A stretch of 64,000 bases of DNA from the human T2T-CHM13v2.0 reference genome, Homo sapiens (GCF_009914755.1 NC_060937.1); one strand, 5' to 3'. Positions 28,640 to 45,869 are shown, numbered from the stretch's first letter. A program made the numbers and translations. Notes: a model not told the origin generated them from the sequence alone.

Positions 28640-30020
28640 TTTTGTGTTTTGGTCAAGAAATAATTTTTAACTATAAATGTAAGCTATTTTACATTTTCTT
28701 AGAAAAGTTGTGAAGTTTTGCCCATCATATTTAAATTGCTGTTACATTTGAAATTGATGTGAAGTATGGGTCTAATTTTCTAGTTTTTCATATCTTAATA
28801 TTCTACAGTGCCATTTCTGTTGTGTATCAGATTTTCATATATAGTTTATCTGTTTCTGAGTTTCCTATCTGCTGCGTTGATTACTTACTACCACTATGCC
28901 AATATCTACTAAAATAATTACCAGTTTTTAATGCTTGTAAGTAGCCAAGTCTCTTCCACCCTTAACTCCACACCTTGCCACCTTATGCTTCTTTAAGAGC
29001 ATCTGGACTATTTATAACACTTTGTTCTTTCTTACAAATGTTTAGAATATACTTAGAAAGTTCTGTAAAAATTCTTGTTGAGATTTTGATTGAAATTTCT
29101 TTAAAACTGCAAATGAATTTGGTGAGAACTAACATATTTACAACATATTTATAACACTGGTACAAAACATGGTATTTCAACATGTTTTTGCATAGAAAAG
29201 TTCAGCATTGTAAAATGTTCATTTCAACATTTAATTAAAATATGTTCAATATTCATTTCTAGTTTCTTTAGGGTCTTTCAATAGAATTGCTATAGTTTGG
29301 TTCTTATTGGTCTTTTTGCTTTATTTGTCTTGTTCTTATACACTTTATAATTTTACTGCAGCTAATTAAATACATATACTTTCTATTTAATAGAGTAATG
29401 TATATTGAGCTTTATCCAGCAAACTTACTGAGCTCCCTTACTCATTTTAATTTTTGTCCCTACATTCTTATGGGTTTTTCTACAATAATTTCATCTATAA
29501 GTAACAAAATTTTTGTTCCTGCTTCTCCAATCTTTATAACTATCATTTCTTTATCTTGTGAGTTTGCTTTCTGAAAATTTTACCAATACATTTCATCTAA
29601 GTAATAATAGTGGGTGTCTTTGTCTTGCTGCTGTTTTTAAAAGAAATATAACATTTTGCCTTTGAGTTTCCTGTTGTTTCATGTTTTGTTATTTTAGGTA
29701 TGCTTTATCAGATTAAGGAAGTTTCTTTCTACTTTTAGTTTTCTGATAGCATTTTATCAAATGCTTTTTACGTATTTATTGAGAAAAACTTTCATCTGTT
29801 AATATGGTGTTTAAATAAGCTGTTTTTCTAATGCTGAACTTTGCTTTTCTGGTATGTGCCCAACTTGGTCATACATTATCTTTTTCATGGATTCCTGAAT
29901 TCACATTGCTAATATTTTAGTTACTACTTTTGCATCTATGCTTATGAGCATAATTAGTCTGCAGAGTTTCTTTCTCATGTTCCCCGTCATGTTTTGATAT
30001 CAAGACTTTGCTAAAATATA
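28640..30020 (-). mobile_element. Ancient L1 ORF2 fragment, antisense
   Basis: gaaattgatgtgaagtatggg...ctttatcagattaaggaagtt...ttttgcatctatg. Confidence 0.65.
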
Positions 30021-30216
30021 AATGAGATTCAGTAGCAAATAACAAATCATTCTAGCTATTTTAAGCAGAAAGAGGGTTAGATGCTTACAAATTTCTTAGA
30101 TGAGCTGGTTGTCATAGCAGATTCTAGGATGAAACTCCAGGACAGATTTCTAGAAGAATCCTGCTTAAGTGGCCCATCAAGTTCATCGTTATCTCTGCCA
30201 CAGTCAGGAAACTAGA

Positions 30217-30691
30217 TGTGACGGTTAATTTTATGTGTCAGTTTGGCTCAGCTATGGTGCCCAGTTGTTTGGTCAAACACTAATCTAGATATTGCTATAA
30301 AGGTATTTTGTAGATGGGATTAATATCTACAATCAGTTGACTTTAAAGAACATTACTTTTAAAGATAATGTGGGCACACATTATCTAATCAGTTGAAGGT
30401 GTTAAGAGCAAAAATTGGGATTTTCTAGAGAATGGAGAATTCCACCTCACCATTTTATTTATTTTACTTTTTGCCTCAACATTTTAATGTAAATCCTTCC
30501 TGAGCTTCCAGCCTGCCAGCCTGTCCTACAGGTTTCACACCCAAGACTATATCACTTCCTATCTCAGTTTCCAGCCAGCTGGCCTGTCCTACAAATTTTG
30601 GACTTGCCAGTCCCCAAAATCACTCAAGCCAATTCTTTAACATATATATCTTCTATTTTTTCTGTTTCTTTGGAGATTCTTGACTGATATA
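30217..30691 (+). mobile_element. MLT2C/D (ERVL) solo LTR
   Basis: tgtgacggttaattttatgtgtca...tggtgcccagttgtttggtcaaacac...ttgactgatata. Confidence 0.85.
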
Positions 30692-33610
30692 TGAGGGAAT
30701 CAGGAAACCACTTCAGGAATACAGTAACTTATCTGCACTCTCTGCAATCTGGGAATTGGAAAGCTGCTAAGAACTATGGGCTTTAATGTGGCTTTGCTTC
30801 TGCTAGACTCAAAAGAGTGAATGGTGCCTTCAGCACTGCTGCCACTAAAATTTGTATCCAAAACATATCAAGATCCTTCAAAACAAGGATTCCTGACAAA
30901 CGCTATATGGAAGAGCAGACGAGAATGAGATAGTACAGATGTCAAACAAGACAATCTACCATGTCTGCCACATCAGCTTTACATAATCAGGGGCAATATT
31001 CCTTTTATATTTATTCTTTAAAAAGGTTTGCATAAGCATCATAAGGACTTGAGATTATAAAAAGAAGACATTCTCACATTGTTGAGACAGGCTTGAGCTG
31101 TCTTCAATTTAAGTAATAAAAAAAGTGGCTAAATTTTCATTTGTCTATAAACAGATAAAAATGATATATCAACATTGAGAGTTCCAGACAGTTATGTGGC
31201 AACAGCTATAGGCTTTCCTAATTGATGAGCCTAAGGGAGACCAGCATTAGACACAGAGTAAAGGGAAGGTATGATGAGTGCCCCAATAGACATGAGTTTG
31301 TTTCAGGAAATCTACCCTGGGACAACTATCATACATTCTATTTCACATACACACACATGCGCACACATGTACACAAGCACATACATTTCCCAAAGTTACC
31401 ATGAATTTAGAATTGAGTATTAGAATGTTTCATCCAATATCCCACCAGGAAAAAAAATCAGAACAGGCAGAACTCCCAGACTGTCCAACTCACCAGGGCA
31501 CAAGATCTTATTTTTATCACAGAAGAGAAAGTCATATTTCTTATCAAAATGAAGCCATGTGGCAGGAAGAACCAGTCGTATGAACTTGGATAAGCCACTT
31601 ACCCTCTCTAATCCCCAGTTTCTTCCAATTAAAATGAGGATAAACTAAATCACAAAAAATAATTATGTTCAAGCAAATTATTTTTCTTAGTAGGAACCTA
31701 ATAAGTGTGAACTGAATTAAACTAAATTAAGCTGGGGCTATTTCCAGCATATAGGGGTTCATAGAGTCATCCTAGCTGTTATGAGTGAGGTCCTTTGAGG
31801 CCTTACAGGTACAGGGTCACAAGACAAGGCTCCTTGTATTTCTATGAGACATGCTACACACAGATCACTTCCAGCTGGATTCCTTCTGTACCAAGATCAG
31901 CCATGTCAGGTGTCTCACACACCTGCTGAATGTTGAGAAAATCTACTAGGTACAGACTCCCTCAGAACCTGGTCACCCGCCAGCAAAACAGCCCTCCCCA
32001 GGGCATAGTGCAAAGCCTTCTTACCACCTCCTTCTAGGACCTAGCTCACATCTGGAACACCTAGATCCAATGAGACACTAGCCTATTGTCCAACATCTCC
32101 AAGACAGAGTCTTAGTAACAACATATAAACAACCAACCAAACAAAAACAAAGGAAACAACAGAATCCAAAAGCAAGCCCATAAGAAGTTGGGTTGTACAA
32201 AGAAAACAAACAAGCCTTTGGGATTTAGTCACCTTGGCTATGAAGCCTATTTCTTAATTGGGCATTTTCTCCAATGTTGATCAGAGGCAGCTAGCATCTC
32301 TTCTATCCCACCTATGACAAGGGTGAGGTCAGCACTCAACAAATAAGAAAGAAAATTTATGGTAAAAACGTGAGGTTAAAAACCCTAGGCAACTTTTGGC
32401 CAACTCCTGCTTTTGAAATTCTAAATTGCAAGCTGAACCGTGTGGTTCCACATACCTTCCTGACTAGTGACATCTCTCTTGGGAAATGACTCAAATGTGC
32501 ATTTGTCTTTCTGGGAATGGCTGAGTTTTCTAAAGGCCCACTGTCCTTACAAGCCTACATACTTTTTGTTGAAGGAAAACCTTGTGAAAAGCAAAATATT
32601 CAAGAGTTATTAGTAGGCATACACATAAGCTTTCATACTTACCCACAGCCCTCTGAGCAGGCCTCCCTGTGGTTACTAAATTTTTTCTCTTGCTGAGATT
32701 TCCCAGCATGCTCTAGGATTATCAAGTAAAACCAAATATTAAGAGGAAAATCTTGAAAATCCTTCAGTGCCTGGGGTGGAAACAAATCAGACGAGTTCTC
32801 CACTCTGGCACCAGCCAGCTGAGTCACAAATACTGACCTATCCCATGCTGAGAAGACTCAATCACGAGTTTCTATCCATCAAATTTCCAGAATACATTGC
32901 CGTCTCACAAATGGGGGAAATGAAGTATATAAAACAGTGGGAACGTTTGCAGAAATAACAGTTAATATTTATATCAGGCATTTATCGGTACATGGCAAAG
33001 TTGAGAAATTTTTCTCTGAGCATTTCTTTCTGCCTTTAAGGCCTTAGGTTGGATAGATTCTGGATTTCTTAATCATAGAAGCTATGCACCATGTTTCAAT
33101 TTGCAACTCAACATAGCTTTTGTCAAAATAAGTGCCAAATCCAGAAAACAGTTGCCATTAAAAATGAGAAAAGGCTGAGCTGGAGACAAAAACATGAAAG
33201 CCTATATTTCCTGGTCAAATGAATTTTATCACAGCGCATTTTTAGTATCTTTTTAATGTATTCTACTTGGTTGCTCAAATTGTGAAAACTACAAAATAAA
33301 AATTAAGTGGCTGTGTAATATCTGACTTGTCAGCTTTTCCACCTGGCATTTCTTTCTCTTGCAGCATTGATTCACTGTCTCAAGGAGGAGATGCATGAAA
33401 TGTGGAAAACCACCTGTCTCGTTTAGTGGAATGGGAAGTGTAATGGGCTGGAAGGGAACCCACCTCTACAACATTATGCTTTCTGTCCTTAGGCAAAATA
33501 CCTTGGCCTTACCTGTGTTTAAGCTTTTACAAGAAATGTCATTCTCAGTAAAGAAAACAGAGTCTAAGATGGTTGCCTCTGAAGGAGAATCTCTGAGCAT
33601 GGAGGGACAT

Positions 33611-34110
33611 GTTTGCCAAATACCCAAGTCTGAATAACCTGAATAGCCCAAGTCTGTTTGTCAAGTAAAACTGGTGTTCATGGGAAAAGCTGCTAGTTTA
33701 GCTAGAACTCAATTACACAAGTACTATTTTTTTGTACTTCTGTATGTCACAGAAGTGCTTTATTTGTACTCCCCATAACATCACACACAATATTAAAAAG
33801 ACTTGTACTGAAGGATAAAGATTTAATAAATCATGTTGCTGCTTCATCAAGGTCATTCTTAAGTCAAATTCTTTTTATGTTTGTTTGTTTTCTGCCAGTC
33901 ATGAAGACGAAGAATAAGATGTCTACTAGTGCAATTGCTGGTACTGCCATTTGTCCTAAGGTGTCAGCAGTTTTGCCTATCGTTGCTTCTGCACTATCAC
34001 TGCAAATGTCAACACAGTGAAAAGGGAAAGTATGAGAATAGATTTGGCCTCCCCCTGGAAGAGTCTCAGGGAGCTCAAAGTGTCCATGAACAGTGCTTTG
34101 AGAACTGCTG
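33611..34110 (-). mobile_element. Charlie1 (Charlie1a-like) hAT transposon fragment
   Basis: tttgccaaatacccaagtctgaataacc...tgcaaatgtcaacacagtgaaaa...ctttgagaactgctg terminus. Confidence 0.8.
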
Positions 34111-34336
34111 TGTTAGTATATTAGTATAAAGACATCATGGTAACACATCTGGCTTCAGGACAGCAGACATAGAAACAAGGAGAGAATGAAGGGGATCCAT
34201 TTTTTGAAATACAAAGTTTCATCACAGAACCTAGTAATCAGACATCTGCTTCTGTAGTGCAGATACCTTGTGTTACTCCCTTGATATTACCGACTATAAA
34301 ATTAGAGTATACTAGCTAATAGAACCATATTGGTAT

Positions 34337-34745
34337 ATGTATTTGTTCCCAAGCATTGCTATAACAAATTACCACTTCTGTGGCTTAAAATAACAGAAAT
34401 GTATTCACTCATAATTCTAGAGGCTAGAAGTCCAAAATTAAGGTGTCAGCAGGGCCAGCTACCCTCTGAAGGCTCTAAGGAAGGATTCTTAATGCCTCTT
34501 TCTAGTTCCTTGGTGTTCCTTGGCTTGTAGCTGCATCGCTCCAACCTGTGCCTCCATCTACACATGGTGCTCTTCTCTTTGTGTGTCTCTCTGTGCATCC
34601 TCTCATCTTCTTCCATTGACTTCAGTCATTGGATTTGGGGCCCCCACATCTCATAGGCCAAAAAGTCTCTCTTTCCAGATAAGATCACATTCACAGGTAC
34701 CAGTGTCAGGACTTGAACGTATCTTTTTTGGGCATACAAAATGAA
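34337..34745 (-). mobile_element. MLT1C-like solo LTR
   Basis: gctataacaaattaccac...ggcttaaaataacagaaatgtatt...ctagaagtccaaaattaaggtgtcagcagggcc. Confidence 0.8.
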
Positions 34746-34899
34746 GGACAGAAATTGTTGTTCATTATTATTATATAGTATAGTAGGTTTAATTGTGTCC
34801 CTTTAACTCACTACACTAAATAGTCATAATGAACTACCAGCAACTCCTGCTCCTCATTTTCTTTAGATCTTCAAAGAGTTAGAAATATTGAGCAAGAAA

Positions 34900-35370
34900 T
34901 TTTATTTTAAAAAACAGCTTCATTGGGGTATAATTGATATGTAATAAACTGTACATACTTACAGTGTACAATTTGATAAACTTTAGCATACATATATCCC
35001 CATGAAACCATCACCACAATCAAGGTAGTAAACATATCCATTGGCCTCAAAAGTTTCCATGCGCCCCTCTGCAATCCTTTTTTCCTGCTCCTCTCTACCC
35101 ACCCCATGTCCACAGGCAATGTTGATCTACTTTCTGTCACTATGTTAAGTTTGCATTACATAGAGTTTTCTGTAACGGAATCATAGAGTATGTACTCTTT
35201 TTTCTTTGGCTTCTTTCCCTAAGCATAATTATTTCATAATTCATTTATGTTGTAACACATGTATCAATCAAGTAGTATTCTATTGCATGACTATACCACA
35301 TTTGTTTATCCCACTCACCTGCTTGCGGAAAATTGCGTTTTTTCTAAATTTGTATTACAAAGGAAGCTAG
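34900..35370 (-). mobile_element. L1MB-MD 3' end
   Basis: cagcttcattggggtataattgatatg...ccatgaaaccatcaccacaatcaag. Confidence 0.75.
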
Positions 35371-35499
35371 GCAAGAATTTTTAAATCTTCCAAAAGCTAA
35401 AACTTTACTTCAACAATATGTCATATGTTTTATTTGTTTATGAAGCTAACAGAGCACTTGCTGCTGTAAGTCAAACTTAGCTCTTCTGCTTTCCAAGAA

Positions 35500-36870
35500 G
35501 GTGGATTCCTCTGGTATAAATTATGAAAAGCCTTTTGGAGAGAGAGATGCACGATAAATCAGGAGCCAGACAAAATGATAATTTTCTACTCCATAATCCC
35601 ACTCTTAGGACTTTTGCCTAAAGGATTAATTTAAAAAAAAAAGTAAAGGTAAACTGGTGAAGATATTTTCTGTAGACCTCTCTAGAATAGTAAAACATTG
35701 GAAGCAACCTAAATATATATAGAGGAAATATTTTTAAAACATGAGAAAGTGCTTTAGAGAAAACATTTAGCTCAAAAAAGCATAATATGAAATTATATCT
35801 AGACCATGATTGTAACCATATAAAATTCAGATATGTGTGTGGATAAGGGAACTAAAAACTATTAGTATGTTACAGTAATGGAATTGTGAATGATATTTCT
35901 CTCTTACTTTATTTTTGTCATAAAATATACACAATAATAAACATCAGCAGGAAACAGTTGACTGCCCTAAAATGACTAAACCCATAGGCTTCTTGATGGT
36001 GTGCAAACCTGTATGTGTTCATTTGACCCATTCCCTATCACCAATGAAATAAATTAGGATATTGTCAGAGTCCTAGTCTAATTTGCCCTATATATATTGC
36101 TACACTTTGGACAGAAATTGGAGGATGGTATTAGAAAGTCTTCTACACTCTGGGAATCTTCTTCAACCTGAAAGTTTCATATATATGAAAATGAGGGAAA
36201 CTATCAAGTGTTGGGGGAGCGTGTGTGCCATCAAGAGCTTTCACACACTGATGGTGGGAGTTTGGTTTGGTACAACCACTTTGGAACTCTTCGGCATTAT
36301 CTAATAAAGCAGGGTATATTGCATACACTGTGACCATAAATCCCCCTTCTAGGCGTACACCCAACAGAAATGCAGATGTATGTTCAGCAAGGGTATGTAG
36401 TAGAATGTTGATAGCAGCATTATCTATAATAGCTCCAAACTGGAAACTGCCCAAATGCTCATCCACATAGAATAGATAAATTGCAATGGAGACACACAAT
36501 GGAACACTATATAACAATTGGAATGAACAATCTACAATTACATGTGTTTATATGGTTGAACAGTACAAATATTGAGAGAAATAAGCCAGATGCAAGAAAG
36601 TATGTAGTGTATAATTTCACTTATGTTAGTACAAAGACAGGCAAAATAAATCTATGCTTTTAAGGATCAGGATAATGATTGTTCTTAGAGGAAGAAGGGC
36701 AGAGACTTACTGAAAGTAGCATAAAAAGGCTTCAGGTGTACTTATAATGGACTATTTATGATCCAAGTTCTGGTTATATAAATGTGTTTGGTTTATGGAA
36801 ATTCATCAAGCTATATATTTATGTGTAGTTTTCTGTGATGTATATTATACTCCAATAAAAGTTTTTTTTT
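35500..36870 (+). mobile_element. Two old L1 (L1MD/ME) 3'-end fragments
   Basis: ataatcccactcttagga; ttggtacaaccactttggaa...aaactggaaactgcccaaatgctcatc. Confidence 0.6.
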
Positions 36871-37054
36871 GTAAAGTCTATAGGCATTATCAAATGCTTT
36901 AAGAATGTTACCAAGAAATTTCTTTTTTATGTAGATATGAAAAGAGGGATAGTTGACAGTACAGTGTTGTGAATTTACAATGAACTAGAAAATCAGGATT
37001 ATATAGCAGGGTGCATCTGGCAAACTTTGTGGCCAGCCAGGAATAGTTATTGCT

Positions 37055-37260
37055 AGTTACAGAGCTGAAAGCCCCCAATAAATTTTGTTTTCTCCATTGC
37101 ACACTGCCTGATGATTGGCAAAGAAATAAAATATAGAATCAAGAAGGCCAGAATGCCCTCTGCAAGAACAAAATGTACTGCCAATATGGCACGTAGCTGC
37201 ACCTCCATCCAAAGTTGTATGGAGCTTATGAAAGGTCCAAGCTGCTGTATGACCTGGAGA
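37055..37260 (+). mobile_element. Probable RTE-clade LINE fossil (L4/MamRTE-like), post-RT region
   Basis: Translation ELKAPNKFCFLHCTLPDD then, after a frameshift, IGKEIKYRIKKAR resembles the RTE motif LxxVxxFxYLGSxL...DxEIxxRIxKA. Confidence 0.5.
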
Positions 37261-37639
37261 GCTACCATGCATCTCATTGCCAGGATCACAGTTAGAAAAA
37301 GTAAACAGAAATATGTTTCTACCAAAATCCATAAGAGAAGAAAGGAAAACCGTTCTCCAACCGAAAGAGGAAGAAGGAGAGGGCATCATCTCTCACCTTG
37401 TTAAAGATAAGCTCCAGGAAGCAAAGGAGAATTCTCTACCCAGCTGAATAAGGACATATTTCCCAAGAACCACTGGGTTGCCAGAATTTCTATTAAGAAT
37501 TCCAAGTATTCTCATATTATTTTTCAGTTTTACATTTCTACTAATTGTGTAAGGCCTATAGAAAGCTTCTTGAACTGTGTTTTCCCATCTTCAACATGAC
37601 TTTGCAATTGAAAGACAGGATATAGCAAAACCAGAGGTT

Positions 37640-39000
37640 AAGTGAATGCCAGCAAGAGAAAATGGTTAAATATTTCATGGTATGTCATGGAATGCCATAG
37701 AAGCATTAAAAAGATAATAAATTAACTTCTAGAATCAAGATTATGTTCTCTAAATGCCCTTTCTCACTAGGGAACCAGTCCACTTTGGAGAAATGACTCA
37801 ATCTACATCTAGTGTAAAAAGCCTTCTGGGTAAGTCGAGGATATTCTATTTACCAGAAATCAAAGAAGTCATCATCACAAACTACTGGGATCTTGTCAAA
37901 AGAAGACCAAAGGAGCAATTCTGCGGAGTGCCCACTGGCCAAGAGTGAGACCATCTGAGCATCAAATGTCATAAAATTCCATAATCTACAACACATTTAA
38001 TATATACAAATATCTGAGTCCAACAATGTTATTGATCACCATTGGAGGTTGCTAAAGCATCATTTCATTATTCAGAAAATTGACAACCAAAAAAAAAAAA
38101 AAACAACCTTTATTCTGCCTCTCCTATACAAACTGTTATTCCAGATTACCAATGATTGATAAGAGAGAGTTCTTCATAGAATTCCAGCCAATCAAGGCAG
38201 AAAGATTAATAGATTTAGAAAATTATTATTTTACAACTCTGACTGAAATAATGAATATAGGTAATGTTCATTACTGAATGCTAAAACTGTTAAGTCAGGC
38301 TTGATGAGAAAGTTTATATTGGAAAGATAAAGCTGACCACACCTGACCCCAATGGCCAATTTCAGCATCACTTAAAGTGGGCTGGCCAATGTTGTATTCC
38401 TCCTATTCCATACCTCTGTGATGCAATAGAAAGTACACAGCACCAACTATTAAGTATTCTAGCCAAATGAATCGAGCCAGAAATCTCGTCAATCCTCTAT
38501 ATTCAACTAAGTATGTAAAGGAAGCACAGGGTAGGTGTTAAGTGACACCACGAGAATGAAATAAGACAAATCTAGAAGGTGGGAAATTCTACAAGGAAAA
38601 TAACCTGGTTTCTTCAACAAATAGAAGCATTAACAGGGAAGGGGAAGGGAAAATCATTGTAAATTTTAGAGACATATCAGGCAAATGCAATGTTTGGCAT
38701 TTGAATCCTCATTCAAACAAACCAACTGTAAAAAGATGTTTTTGAGGCAATCAGGGAGATTTGAACATGAACTGGGTATTGGATGATTTTAAAGAACTAT
38801 TATAAATTTTGTTATAGGTGATATTAGTATAATCGGTTACATTCTTAAAAATCTCTATCCGTTAGTGATGAATACTGAAGTGTTTACTGGATATAGACAA
38901 CATAAAGTCTGGGATTTGCCTGAAAATATTGAATAATACGAAGTAAAGTATACACAATAGTAGTATGAATCCATTTTTGTAAACAATGACCTGGTTTTGT
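37640..39000 (+). mobile_element. L1MC (L1MC3/4-like) 3' region
   Basis: gtgcccactggccaag...gatgcaatagaaagtacacagcacc...attcaaacaaaccaactgtaaaaaga. Confidence 0.7.
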
Positions 39001-40141
39001 AAAATACGCACATACATTTATTTTTAGGTAGATGTATAGACATACACATATATAAATGTTTACATATGATTTTATGAGCACTGAGAATTATTTGGAAGAG
39101 CCCATGCTACACTGTAAATATAGACTAGCTGGGGGTGGAGGCTGATATGAATAGGGAAAGATTAAGTAAGGGTAAATTTAAAAAAAGATTTCATTTTTAA
39201 AAGGTAGGATGATGTATCCCAATATATGGATTTATATGAAACAGTCAAAATATCTGTATTTCTACATACATAAAGAAGATTGTTTTTAATCTTTAAAAAA
39301 TTGCAAAATCTGTCCACATTTCTGAAACAGAAACAGCGCTGGTTTCCTAGCACGGAAGCCTGGTAACTGCAGTAAATTTCTGCCGGTCTGCCCATAAGCA
39401 GAGTGATAACAAACTAGAAGCTCTCAGGCAGCAGCATGTGGCGAGCTGAAGTGAAGCAAATAGAATTGGGTGTGTGGTAGGGTCTTTGGGACGGGGGCTG
39501 ACTGGAAATCGATACTTCAAAAATGCACTGCAACACTCACCGCTGCGGTGTGTTAGCATGGATAGCAAGGAAACAAAATGAGATGTCAGCTGAGTATACT
39601 ACAGAGAATGAATCTCCTTCTCAGAGCCCAAGTATCAGGCACAATGCTCACCAGCATGAGGCAGCCATGGGACAAAGGAAAAGCACTAACCCAGGAGTCA
39701 CAGGAGGTTTAGGTCACACCTCGGCTCAACCACACACCAATTGCATGACCTTGAGAAAGAAACTTGACCTCCTGGCCTCCACACGTAAAATGAGAATAAA
39801 AATAACATCTCAACTGTCATGATCATCACATGTACTTTACAAAGAGGTAAACTAAAAAGCGCTATACATGTAAAAGTGTCAGAAAGGTTGCTGCCTGCCC
39901 CCATGTGCACGTGTGCACACACACACCCCCACACACATCTCACTATTCATATATACATTAGCACATAGAAATATACACCATTCACAGGTAGAAATGCTGT
40001 ATATGCATGAGTTTTACAGCAAAACAACCCTCCTCCCAACTTGTAGATGGGAAAATCAAAGCTTAAAGAACTTAACAAGCTAATGGTTACATAGAATTCA
40101 TTTATAATAATGTTGGAATTTAGCAGAGGTATATGTGTTTA

Positions 40142-40450
<309 letters not shown>

Positions 40451-40643
40451 AAAATAGTCTCATTCATGGCTGCTAAATATGATTTCTGATTTATGGAAAG
40501 TTCTGACCTGGAAAAATTACAAAGCCAGATGCTATGGACTGAATCGTATACATGAAATGCATATGCTGAAGCCCTGTTCTTCCAGGTGATGGTATTTGGA
40601 GGTGGGGCCTTTGGGAGGTAACCAGGGTTTGATGAGGTCATGA

Positions 40644-43326
<2,683 letters not shown>

Positions 43327-45561
43327 AAGAAGACACCAAAGAGCTCGTTCTCTCTCTCTCTCCTCACTATGTGAGCATCTAACAAAAAGGCAGCTGTGTG
43401 CAAGACAGGAAAAGGGTCCTTACCCCAAAGTGAACACTGCTAGACCTTGATCTTGGACTTTCCACCCTTCAGAACTCTGAGAAAATAAAGGTCTGTAGTT
43501 TAAGCCTCTCAATCTATAATATTTTGTTACAGCAGACCAAGCTGGCTCAGGTACTGGGTCAAGAGCCTCTACTTCATGTTCTTACAATATCCTGAACTTC
43601 CTGTATCATAATATTCATCATTTTACTGTTAGCATTGTTAGTTCTACTTCCAAGCTACATGTCCTGGGGCAAATTGCTTAAAATTTCCCTCTGCCTCTGT
43701 TTTCTTTTCCAGACAATGGGGGTAATAATGGAATCTTTCTCCTAGGACCTTCCTGCATCTGTGTAATGATTATCTTATCATAATAATTAGGCGATTGAAT
43801 ACATGACTTCACCTAGAACAGTATCTGGCAAAATAGAAAATACTTAATAGGATGACAAGATGATGTTCCTGCTGTTTTTGCTGTTATCTATTTGGCCAAA
43901 TTATAAACTTCATAAGGGCCCAGAGACCTCTATTATCTTGCTCACAATTGTTACCCTATGAACAAACTAGCATGGCACATAAATAAATATTTGCTAAATG
44001 AACAACTAGGTGATGAGAAAGGAGAAAATGATTCAGTGAGATGGCAAACATTTTCAGGAAGTGCATACTGTACCTATAAATAGAAACAAAAGCTATTTTC
44101 TTAGATATTTTAACCGGTAATTTATAAGTTGCAATTTAATTGATTCAACACACAGCCAAGAAGATGAGGAAAGAATGGTATAGTATAATATTCTTTGAAC
44201 AGTTTTCCTGTGCATAGTAAAATACCTATGGAAGAATTGTCGGGGATGTGCTCCATTCTAAAGCTCATTAAAGCTGCTTGAACAACCATTGCACAGGTTT
44301 TGCTTTTTCATTTAATTTTAATAAAATATTTTACTGGAGGAAACTTTGGGGTATAATAGCAATGAAGTGGGTATAGTGCTTTAGGTGACATTTCATTTCA
44401 TTTGTGGGCACCTGTGGAGATAAATATACTAATCCCAATGCCCCGGAATTTGGGCTGCTGGTTATCCAAAAATGAAATGTCATGTACAGAAAGTTATTTT
44501 TTATTGTTTAATTTCCAGCTGTCTGCTCAGCAAATCAGAATGACAAAGACAACAGCTATTTCAAGATAAGGCACCACATGCATTATAGAAAATGCATCTC
44601 ATTTGGAACTTTAGTCCTGTTCTTGATGACAGACCAGTGAAAACGTGAAATTTAAAATATTCCCCATTGCTTCCCGAGCACGAGTGATAATGAGCCTTTC
44701 ATTTTGCTTTGACTGAAATCATAAAGCAAAGTCATGGATATATTGTACAGTTGCACCTCACACTCTACATAAACAATCCACATCTCTAGGCAAACCTTTT
44801 ATAGCTTAAATAAGTCTGGAAGACAATGAGAGCAGCAAGTTAGATTTAAACCTGAGATGGTGATCTGTAGCTGGAGGAAGCCAGAGCAGACGGAGAGCCT
44901 GTTCATTCTATTACCAGAACCACAGTTGACTGTTTTTCAACCTTATCATATATCTCAAAATATCAGAGCATAATTCCCACCTTGGACTAAATCATCTGAA
45001 GAGATTTGGTAATGTTGCCTTGTTCCTCTGCAGGATAAAGAAGCTTCCCAATTCTATGAGTTTTCTCCCCAAAATGAGAAGGGAAAAAAATTCTTTTCTG
45101 GTCTATTCTCAGTAGCCTTCAGGGCTACTTACAAGATAAAGCTTCTCAGAGATTTAGATCATAGCTGTGTTTAATAATAGATAATATTCAGGTGTCATCT
45201 GTGTCAGAACCCACCACACCCGCTCCCATGGACAAGCAGGAAAGAACTAATATTTACAAAATCACTCTGTATATTTGTTTGGGCAGGTCAAGTCAGGTTA
45301 AAGAGAGAACCAATAAATTTTATTTATATTCTCTCGTGAAAATCCATAGCATCCATCACTAGAGTTTCCAGGCATCAAACCTCTGACCGGCAGAAGCAAG
45401 GGTTAAGGTAATTAAGTAAATTTCTGATAATACTGCTTAATTTCTTCATGTAAAGCCCTTCCTTCATTGTACATATATTCATTCAGTGGCATTATCCTGT
45501 AGCTCTGACTATGCCACATTGGAGATTGTTTCGCAAGATGTTCAAGATGTATTGCCTTGTC

Positions 45562-45856
45562 TTTTTTTTTTTTTGAGATGGAGTCTCGCTCTGTCGCCCA
45601 GGCTGGAGTGCAGTGGTGTGATCTCGGCTCACTGCAAGCTCCGCCTTCCTGGGTTCACTCCATTCTCCTGCCTCAGCCTCCCAAGTAGCTGGGACTACAG
45701 GTACCCACCACCATGCCCAGCTAATTTTTTGTATTTTTAGTAGAGAGGAGGTTTCACCGTGTTAGCCAGGATGGTCTTGATCTCCTGACCTCATGATCCA
45801 CCCACCTCAGCCTCCCAAAGTGCTGGGATTACAGGCGTGAGCCACCACGCCTGGCC
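45562..45856 (-). mobile_element. AluY with TSD TGCCTTGTCTTTT
   Basis: gcaagctccgcc, ccattctcc and gttagccaggatggtc diagnostics; TSD starting at 45553 and at 45857. Confidence 0.95.
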
Positions 45857-45869
45857 TGCCTTGTCTTTT

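Noticed and set aside
37111-37404. Novel basic 97-aa protein
   Set aside because: Better explained as an RTE-LINE remnant; no splice or promoter support.
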